From: Crocosphaera chwakensis CCY0110
GTDB taxonomy: Bacteria; Cyanobacteriota; Cyanobacteriia; Cyanobacteriales; Microcystaceae
DNA length: 32,000 nt
Reading direction: 5' to 3'
NCBI RefSeq assembly: GCF_000169335.1
Contig: NZ_AAXW01000021.1
Location: 35,175-67,174 of the forward strand
Part shown: positions 25,242 to 30,370 of the stretch, piece by piece
Layout: every line of letters starts with the position of its first letter
Position numbering within the stretch: the stretch's first letter is position 1
Position numbers and translations under genes: made by a program
The notes under the pieces: model-generated
Told to the model about the DNA's origin: nothing
The model's input: the letters and a program-made list of their open reading frames with translations, nothing else
Databases searched by the model: none

Positions 25242-25679
25242 ATGACACTAATCCAATTATCAAAACGAGTATTTTACATAGCAGCGAACTTGGCAACTAT
25301 ATCAAGCTTGCTAATTTGCGTACTCATCCTTAGTTGCGACGTAGCATTTATAATAGCGACTCCAATTATCAATGGCATTGATGCAATGATTGGAATAGAA
25401 CAGCCATCAGAGAGTTTATGGCAGGTTATCTGCTCTCAGAATTATTTGCCGCCGTTAGAGGGACTGGATTTATTTATGGGAGTGGTAGAAGACAAAGTAG
25501 TAAGCGATATGTTGCATATAAGAGGGATTAGTAATGTCTCACTTGCTATCTCAGGAGAGATTTTCTTCGTAACTAAAGGGTGTTTTCATTTGCTATTAGC
25601 CGCCTTGTGTTGGGCTTCGATTGGACTTTATGGTTTCGGTTTTATCTGGTTAGTAGATAGGTTTGATCATTCTCCTTAA
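25242..25679 (+). CDS. Hypothetical multi-pass membrane protein
   Basis: 145 aa. An AAGGAA SD lies upstream, and there are several hydrophobic helices. Confidence 0.55.
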   Translation: MTLIQLSKRVFYIAANLATISSLLICVLILSCDVAFIIATPIINGIDAMIGIEQPSESLWQVICSQNYLPPLEGLDLFMGVVEDKVVSDMLHIRGISNVSLAISGEIFFVTKGCFHLLLAALCWASIGLYGFGFIWLVDRFDHSP

Positions 25680-25702
25680 CAACCTTGCAAAGCCATTCGA
25701 TT

Positions 25703-25725
25703 AAGACCTACGGGTCTTTTTTTTT
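25703..25725 (+). terminator. Intrinsic terminator
   Basis: AAGACC-TACG-GGTCTT followed by a T-tract. GCTAGCGC follows immediately. Confidence 0.75.
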
Positions 25726-25733
25726 GCTAGCGC
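25726..25733 (+). promoter_or_regulatory. Island motif GCTAGCGC, copy 7
   Basis: Exact 8-mer. It abuts the terminator T-tract and lies 34 nt before ATG 25768. Confidence 0.6.
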
Positions 25734-25767
25734 AGAACCCTTAGATGTTAATCAAGAGGTAGTCTCG

Positions 25768-26220
25768 ATGAACTATCAAGAAAGGTTGCAAAAAATCATA
25801 ACTGAGCTAGAGAATGATGTACGATGCGATCGCATGGGCAAACGCCCTCTACATTTTGCTATTGCATTAAAAGACGTCATAGAAAGACGAGCAGATTTTG
25901 CCGTTTTAACCTATTTACCAAAGGAGTTCAATTTAGTAAACGGCTTTTCTCTCGCCGAGACAATTCTTTTCGTGAGAAATTACTACGGCGAGATGTCGTC
26001 ACATTTTGCTTTGAAAACAAGATTCAGGGACTGGAAATGGCTATTTTCCCTGCGTTTCGACGTAATGAGCTATGGATTTATCCGTGATACTGTCTGGAGC
26101 AGTATCATCGCTCTTATCATCGATGATGACCGGTTTACATTCTCTGATCTAGAGAAGGGACTGTTGCGGGTTTCTGTCCAGTGTGATGATTCCGACACTA
26201 ATTTCTCTATAAATAGCTAG
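25768..26220 (+). CDS. Hypothetical protein
   Basis: 150 aa. An AGAGG SD lies 8 nt upstream. Preferred over the overlapping 25824-26087 ORF. Confidence 0.55.
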   Translation: MNYQERLQKIITELENDVRCDRMGKRPLHFAIALKDVIERRADFAVLTYLPKEFNLVNGFSLAETILFVRNYYGEMSSHFALKTRFRDWKWLFSLRFDVMSYGFIRDTVWSSIIALIIDDDRFTFSDLEKGLLRVSVQCDDSDTNFSINS

Positions 26221-26296
26221 AACTAACCCTTGTCGCTAGAGCGTGTTCTCTTGACTACAATTTCTAAGAATAAACAAGGAACCCCCAAAGTCGAAC

Positions 26297-26395
26297 ATGG
26301 GCTGCGTTTGGCCAGTTATATTAGTAATGCTAATTTTCTGGGCGATCGCATTTATTTTCAAAGGAAGATTAAGAAGAATGGAAGAGACGGGTTAA
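26297..26395 (+). CDS. Candidate 32-aa single-TM micro-protein (alternative to track ORF 26230-26451)
   Basis: MGCVWPVILVMLIFWAIAFIFKGRLRRMEETG is a hydrophobic helix with a basic tail. A degenerate motif GCTAGaGCG (26235-26243) lies 53 nt upstream. The coding frame in this interval is unresolved. Confidence 0.25.
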   Translation: MGCVWPVILVMLIFWAIAFIFKGRLRRMEETG

Positions 26396-26524
26396 GGTGT
26401 TTTTCGATGAACTTTTATGAAAAAAGTTTGATGGCACTCACAATGCTCTAAGTCACCGAAATCTCATCGGCAGAAGAAAGACATTGAGCGATCAGCTTCT
26501 TTTAGGTTGGTAAGAATATCTATC

Positions 26525-26532
26525 GCTAGCGC
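26525..26532 (+). promoter_or_regulatory. Island motif GCTAGCGC, copy 8
   Basis: Exact 8-mer within the palindromic CGCTAGCG, 46 nt before ATG 26579. Confidence 0.55.
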
Positions 26533-26578
26533 TCGTTAGGGGGAATAAATTGCCAAACGAGTAAAGGACTGTAAACAA

Positions 26579-26989
26579 ATGCCTAGAGAAGTTATCCATG
26601 ACGTAGATCGCCCCGACATCAACGGCGTTAAGCCCAAGATGCAAGACATCGCAGATAGTCTACTTGGAGCACTCCCAAAACTTCCCTTTTCATCCTTGAA
26701 ATGTAACGACAACTTAATGTCGTCAATTCACCTGAAAGCAAGTTTTGATGACCGAGCAGAGTGGTCAAATGGGATTTTTGAGAACTCGCTGTACTTCATG
26801 TTTAGTATCCATCCCAAGAAAGGAGAACGATACTACCAAGAGGGCGCACCGGTTAGCGTCGAAATCAACAACAAATCCTACAAAATTCCTACAAAGTTCA
26901 GAAAATACACGGGAACCCCTGAGAAGGCGATCGCCAAAATTGTTACTTGGATTGATAAAGCACAATCGGAGATAGAGCAACAAAGATAA
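26579..26989 (+). CDS. Hypothetical protein
   Basis: 136 aa. An AAAGGA SD-like sequence lies upstream. Overlapping ORFs in other frames are judged spurious. Confidence 0.55.
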   Translation: MPREVIHDVDRPDINGVKPKMQDIADSLLGALPKLPFSSLKCNDNLMSSIHLKASFDDRAEWSNGIFENSLYFMFSIHPKKGERYYQEGAPVSVEINNKSYKIPTKFRKYTGTPEKAIAKIVTWIDKAQSEIEQQR

Positions 26990-27042
26990 CACTTCCTAGA
27001 GAGAACGACCTTTATACCAGCAGGATGATAGCAGAGTCTATC

Positions 27043-27050
27043 GCTAGCGC
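27043..27050 (+). promoter_or_regulatory. Island motif GCTAGCGC, copy 9
   Basis: Exact 8-mer, followed by GGATT as in copy 10, 38 nt before ATG 27089. Confidence 0.6.
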
Positions 27051-27088
27051 GGATTCTATTAGAAAACAAAATTCGAGGAACATTCACA

Positions 27089-27277
27089 ATGAACACTAAT
27101 ACAGAATATTTCTATGACAGTTTCGCTCAACCTTTTGAATGGGACGAACACGGCGCTATGGCAGTCTATCGAGAAACTGATATCGCTTTTGAAGAAGCAC
27201 TAGAAAGCTGGTGTGAATCAGATGAAACAACAGAACCCACCGATCTCGATAAAGAAATAGCCCACCCACCATTTTAA
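27089..27277 (+). CDS. Small acidic hypothetical protein
   Basis: 62 aa, rich in Asp and Glu. A GAGGA SD lies 10 nt upstream. Confidence 0.55.
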   Translation: MNTNTEYFYDSFAQPFEWDEHGAMAVYRETDIAFEEALESWCESDETTEPTDLDKEIAHPPF

Positions 27278-27285
27278 GGCAAAAA

Positions 27286-27314
27286 AGGAAGAGAAACGCC
27301 TCTTCCTTTTTTTT
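27286..27314 (+). terminator. Intrinsic terminator
   Basis: AGGAAGAG-AAACGC-CTCTTCCT followed by T8. Confidence 0.8.
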
Positions 27315-27315
27315 A

Positions 27316-27323
27316 GCTAGCGC
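27316..27323 (+). promoter_or_regulatory. Island motif GCTAGCGC, copy 10
   Basis: Exact 8-mer, 1 nt after the T-tract and 42 nt before ATG 27366 (nrdB). Confidence 0.6.
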
Positions 27324-27365
27324 GGATTAAAAGAACAATTAGTAAAAATTTTACTCATAAAACTA

Positions 27366-28409
27366 ATGACCTTCACCGAAATAAAACCAAGTCCAATCTT
27401 CAACCCTACCGGAAAGGACAACAAAGAAAATAGACACCTCTGGGGCGGTGACACCACCAACGTCATCAACCTTAATGAAACCCGTTACGGATGGGCCCGG
27501 TCTATTTATCAAACTATGAGGGAATCCTTCTGGGTCCCTCAGCGAACCGACCTGTCCCAAGATAAATTAGATTACGCTAACCTCATTCCAGGTGAACGTA
27601 GAGCGTTGAAGGGTATTCTAAGTTACCTCAATTTCCTAGACTCGGTACAAGTCGCAAACATCCCCGAACTCAGCCGGTATATCACAGCGCCGGAAGCTAG
27701 GATGTGCCTTGCCGAGCAAACATCACAAGAAGCGATGCACGGGGAGACTTATCAGTACATTACTGAGAGCATAATCCCAGAAAATGAGCAGCATGAAGTT
27801 TACGACTTCTGGAAGCAGGATCTTTTACTCCATGAGAGATGTGAATTTATCGCCGGTTATTACCAAAACCTTGCTAATAACCCCACCGGAGAAAACTATT
27901 ATATGGCGCTGATTGGAGACTATCTCCTAGAAGGATTGCTATTCTATCAAGGCTTCTTGTTCTTCTACAATCTTGCCTCCAGTCAACGGCTTGCGGGCTG
28001 TGCCAAACTCATCAAGCAAATCAACATGGATGAATTGACTCATGTGAGCTTATACCAAAAGCTTATCACAGAGGCTACGACAAAGTTCTCCTATTCTGAG
28101 GATGAAATCACAGAGTTATTCCATACAACGGTTGAACGGGAGATTGAGTGGACTAACCACATCTTCGATGGACAAATTCTAGGGGTTAGCAAAGCAAGTA
28201 CCGAAGCTTATACGAAGTATTTAGCTAACTTACGCCTAAAAGCGATCGGTATCCCTGCCATTTACCCCAAAATAGAGAATCCTTATGCCCATTTAGACTG
28301 GGCTGATTTCAAAGGAATCGGCAAATCAAAGGCTGCTTTCTTTGAAACAGAGGTCACAGGTTACGCCCAACCTACTGCCGTCAAGGGGTGGGACAAACTC
28401 AGGGTATGA
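27366..28409 (+). CDS. nrdB: Ribonucleotide reductase class I small (R2) subunit
   Basis: 347 aa. The di-metal ligand pattern is LNFLDSV (Asp), EAMHGETY (E-x-x-H, with the radical Tyr 4 residues later), LLEGLLFY (Glu) and MDELTHV (E-x-x-H). Confidence 0.88.
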   Translation: MTFTEIKPSPIFNPTGKDNKENRHLWGGDTTNVINLNETRYGWARSIYQTMRESFWVPQRTDLSQDKLDYANLIPGERRALKGILSYLNFLDSVQVANIPELSRYITAPEARMCLAEQTSQEAMHGETYQYITESIIPENEQHEVYDFWKQDLLLHERCEFIAGYYQNLANNPTGENYYMALIGDYLLEGLLFYQGFLFFYNLASSQRLAGCAKLIKQINMDELTHVSLYQKLITEATTKFSYSEDEITELFHTTVEREIEWTNHIFDGQILGVSKASTEAYTKYLANLRLKAIGIPAIYPKIENPYAHLDWADFKGIGKSKAAFFETEVTGYAQPTAVKGWDKLRV

Positions 28410-28424
28410 CTGGCTTTGAGCCTT

Positions 28425-28470
28425 CCGCAGCAAGTCCAATATTTACTATAGATAATTGAGGTTGCTGCGG
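28425..28470 (+). repeat. 46-nt inverted-repeat element, copy C
   Basis: CCGCAGCA(A)-N-(T)TGCTGCGG, 15 nt after the nrdB stop. Confidence 0.8.
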
Positions 28471-28524
28471 ATCTTTTAGGAATTAGCGTCCATTGTATTC
28501 GACGTTTATTGATGGACGAAAGTA

Positions 28525-28590
28525 ATGGCTCAAGTTGAATGGCTAGAAACCATACTCTCGGAGTTAGCCACTGTGATATCAAAAAATTAG
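28525..28590 (+). CDS. Candidate 21-aa micro-ORF (or cassette remnant)
   Basis: MAQVEWLETILSELATVISKN*. The degenerate motif TTAGCGTC (28483-28490) lies 34 nt upstream, which is the canonical spacing. A 19-bp perfect hairpin follows directly. Confidence 0.2.
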   Translation: MAQVEWLETILSELATVISKN

Positions 28591-28591
28591 C

Positions 28592-28639
28592 AATAGGCAT
28601 CATAAAGAGAGGCTCGGTCTTCTCTTTATGATGCCTATT
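28592..28639 (+). other. Long perfect hairpin (19-bp stem, 10-nt loop) without a T-tract
   Basis: AATAGGCATCATAAAGAGA-GGCTCGGTCT-TCTCTTTATGATGCCTATT. It occupies the position taken by intrinsic terminators in front of modules E to G. Confidence 0.6.
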
Positions 28640-28773
28640 CATCGTCGAAATCTAACACAAAAAAATAGCTAAGTTTACGGCATTATAAATCAAGCTCTAT
28701 TCCACTCTGGATAAGGATTATAACCTTCCGCAGCAGTGACTATTTTTCTTATATAAAATCGTGGTTGCTGCGG
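28638..28773 (+). repeat. 136-nt island module, copy D (leader plus 46-nt hairpin at 28728-28773)
   Basis: TTCATCGTCGAAATCTAACAC...CTGGATAAGGATTATAACCTT followed by CCGCAGCA-N30-TGCTGCGG. The degenerate motif GCTAGTGC lies 18 nt later (28792-28799). The downstream ORF has decayed. Confidence 0.8.
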
Positions 28774-28906
28774 GTAAACTTCGGGCTGTAGGCTAGTGCT
28801 TAGAATGAAGATGCTTACACCCAATAGTAGAACAAATGGGCTAACGAATATCGTGATCTCCATTTAAAAATACTAAAAACTCTTCCCTAAGATAAACCTC
28901 CCAAAA

Positions 28907-28933
28907 AGAGAAGACATAGCTTCTCTTTTTTTT
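28907..28933 (+). terminator. Intrinsic terminator
   Basis: AGAGAAG-ACATAG-CTTCTCT followed by T8. It is near-identical to terminator 30143-30169 apart from loop differences. Confidence 0.75.
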
Positions 28934-28938
28934 ACCGA

Positions 28939-29074
28939 ATCATCGTCGAAATCTAGCACGAAAAAATGGCTAAGTTTACGGCATTATAAATCAAGCTCTA
29001 TTCTAGTCTGGATAAGGATTGTAACCATCCGCAGCCATAGCTATTTTTCTTATAGATAATAGAGGTTGCTGCGG
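28939..29074 (+). repeat. 136-nt island module, copy E (hairpin at 29029-29074)
   Basis: Same leader as copy D. The hairpin is CCGCAGCC-N30-TGCTGCGG, with one arm mismatch. GCTAGCGC follows 17 nt later. Confidence 0.8.
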
Positions 29075-29091
29075 ATGATAATCAATTTTCC

Positions 29092-29099
29092 GCTAGCGC
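29092..29099 (+). promoter_or_regulatory. Island motif GCTAGCGC, copy 11
   Basis: Exact 8-mer, 17 nt after hairpin E and 33 nt before ATG 29133. Confidence 0.6.
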
Positions 29100-29132
29100 A
29101 ATTAAATATGATGTTCCAAACCTACAGCACAA

Positions 29133-29366
29133 ATGAACAACTACGAAAAACTTCGAGATTTAGTCGGTAATTGCAATCGCCTAGAAGAACAATTCTTCAA
29201 CCGTCTAATTCAGGATGATGTGCCTCTAGAACTCAAACAAATTTGGAATAAGTGGTCGGCGGCGCAAGCCGCGCATCGAGATTTTCAAGGACAGATGCTA
29301 GGGACGAATCTCCACGTAAATGAAAATCAAAAAGAGACGAATAAATATACTACTAATTTACTTTAA
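29133..29366 (+). CDS. Small hypothetical protein, paralogue 1 of a duplicated cassette gene
   Basis: 77 aa, MNNYEKLRDLVGNCNRLEEQFFNRLIQDDVPLELKQIWNKWSAA.... It is about 80% identical over the first ~57 residues (hand alignment) to ORF 29907-30119. Confidence 0.6.
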   Translation: MNNYEKLRDLVGNCNRLEEQFFNRLIQDDVPLELKQIWNKWSAAQAAHRDFQGQMLGTNLHVNENQKETNKYTTNLL

Positions 29367-29413
29367 ACTAGCGTTTATTCATCATGAAAAAAATCGCCGT
29401 TTAAATTAGAAAT

Positions 29414-29668
29414 ATGAATGAAACTGCCATTCCCGAACGTTATCAACCTCTGGGCGAAATTATATCCCGAAAATACATGGGTGCTTTACGTTATTTAGTG
29501 ATCAAACCCATCTATTTTGAAGATAAACCATTCAATTCAATGAGTACCGTTGTGATCGCTTCGTCTCCTGATGAGGCGATTAGGAAAACATTCTTTCATC
29601 GATATACATGGGCGTACAGTACCGAGAATGTACCCCACACAACTGCAACTGAAATCGGCAATGCTTAA
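29414..29668 (+). CDS. Small hypothetical protein
   Basis: 84 aa. The variant motif AACTAGCGTTTATT (29366-29379, core ACTAGCGT at 29367-29374) lies 39 nt upstream. The same 14-mer precedes ORF 24901. Confidence 0.5.
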   Translation: MNETAIPERYQPLGEIISRKYMGALRYLVIKPIYFEDKPFNSMSTVVIASSPDEAIRKTFFHRYTWAYSTENVPHTTATEIGNA

Positions 29669-29682
29669 TTCAATAATCTAAT

Positions 29683-29708
29683 CCTAGCAAACGCTAGGTT
29701 TTTTTTTT
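29683..29708 (+). terminator. Intrinsic terminator
   Basis: CCTAGC-AAAC-GCTAGG followed by T10. Confidence 0.75.
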
Positions 29709-29713
29709 GCAAA

Positions 29714-29849
29714 ATCATCGTCGAAATCCAGCACGAAAAACTGGCTAAGTTTAGGGCATTATGAAACAGCCTCTATCTCTGTCTGGATAAGGATTATAAC
29801 CTTCCGCAGCAGTGACTATTTTTCTTATACAAAATTGTGGTTGCTGCGG
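29714..29849 (+). repeat. 136-nt island module, copy F (hairpin at 29804-29849)
   Basis: ATCATCGTCGAAATCCAGCACGAAAAACTGGCTAAGTTTAGGGC... followed by CCGCAGCA-N30-TGCTGCGG. Confidence 0.8.
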
Positions 29850-29866
29850 ATGATAATCGATTTTCC

Positions 29867-29874
29867 GCTAGCGC
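29867..29874 (+). promoter_or_regulatory. Island motif GCTAGCGC, copy 12
   Basis: Exact 8-mer, 17 nt after hairpin F and 32 nt before ATG 29907. Confidence 0.6.
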
Positions 29875-29906
29875 ATCTGAGGATGATATTCAAAACCATA
29901 ACGCAC

Positions 29907-30119
29907 ATGAGCAACTACGAAAAACTTCGAGATTTAGTCAGTGAGTGCAATCGTCTAGAGGAAAATTTCTTCGACCGTCTAATTCAAGAAGACGTACCCC
30001 TAGAACTGAAAATGATTTGGAACGAGTGGTCGGCGGCGCGAACTAAGCATAGAACCTTTCAAGGACAAATGCTTGGGTTCAACATCCTAGACACCGAAAC
30101 TCACAACGAAGACGAATAA
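29907..30119 (+). CDS. Small hypothetical protein, paralogue 2 of the duplicated cassette gene
   Basis: 70 aa from ATG 29907 (MSNYEKLRDLVSECNRLEENFF...). The track ORF start at 29835 would read through hairpin F and the motif, so it is rejected. Confidence 0.6.
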   Translation: MSNYEKLRDLVSECNRLEENFFDRLIQEDVPLELKMIWNEWSAARTKHRTFQGQMLGFNILDTETHNEDE

Positions 30120-30142
30120 TAAAGAGATATTCTTTTAGAAAT

Positions 30143-30169
30143 GAGAAGCTATGTCTTCTCTTTTTTTTT
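30143..30169 (+). terminator. Intrinsic terminator
   Basis: GAGAAG-CTATGT-CTTCTC followed by T9. Confidence 0.75.
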
Positions 30170-30174
30170 GCAAA

Positions 30175-30310
30175 ATCATCGTCGAAATCCAGCACGAAAA
30201 AATGGCTAAGTTCAGGGCATTACAAACCAAGCTCTATTCTAGTCTGGATGAGGGTTATAACCTTCCGCAGCAATTACTATTTTTCTTATATAAAATCGTG
30301 GTTGCTGCGG
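30175..30310 (+). repeat. 136-nt island module, copy G (hairpin at 30265-30310)
   Basis: Same leader plus CCGCAGCA-N30-TGCTGCGG, directly upstream of nrdA. Confidence 0.8.
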
Positions 30311-30329
30311 GTAAAAATTGATTTAAAAA

Positions 30330-30337
30330 GCTAGCGC
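30330..30337 (+). promoter_or_regulatory. Island motif GCTAGCGC, copy 13
   Basis: Exact 8-mer, 19 nt after hairpin G and 33 nt before ATG 30371 (nrdA). Confidence 0.6.
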
Positions 30338-30370
30338 TCTCCAAACTGAAAATCTACCAATTTAAACCCT

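Noticed and set aside
25824-27560. Overlapping ORFs 25824-26087, 26745-26975, 26765-26992, 26878-27096 and 27363-27560
   Set aside because: They are alternative frames or strands of better-supported + strand ORFs that carry SD sequences and the upstream GCTAGCGC motif.
28361-28642. 93-aa minus-strand ORF downstream of nrdB
   Set aside because: It spans hairpin C and the 19-bp perfect hairpin, overlaps the nrdB 3' end, and runs against the island's uniform orientation. It is probably spurious.
28966-28989. Micro-ORF MAKFTAL* inside the 136-nt module
   Set aside because: The ATG is present only in copies E and G; D has ATA and F has CTG. Reading-frame length also differs (7 aa versus 39 aa), so coding potential is not conserved.
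23841-30310. Could the repeated 46-nt palindromic elements form a CRISPR array?
   Set aside because: Spacing between copies is irregular (about 260 to 3600 nt), and the intervals contain ordinary ORFs with SD sites and terminators. The repeat interiors vary, and no cas genes or leader are present in the window.
23841-30310. Could this be an integron-like cassette array, with the hairpins acting as attC sites?
   Set aside because: The cassette-like layout is suggestive. However, the arms lack the attC R-box consensus (GTTRRRY / RYYYAAC), the length is fixed rather than variable, and no intI or attI is visible. The idea is kept only as a remote analogy.
28638-30310. Sigma70-type promoters or NrdR boxes inside the 136-nt modules
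   Set aside because: TATAAA/TATAAC-like hexamers exist (for example CATTATAAAT and GGATTATAACC). The first is not conserved in copies F and G, and none has a properly spaced -35. I saw no ACACWAWATWWTGTGT-like NrdR palindromes upstream of nrdA or nrdB.
13258-30337. Could GCTAGCGC be a variant of the cyanobacterial HIP1 palindrome GCGATCGC?
   Set aside because: HIP1 is palindromic and occurs here inside coding regions of both halves of the window. GCTAGCGC is asymmetric, found only on the + strand and only upstream of island genes. The two sequences share base composition but not order.
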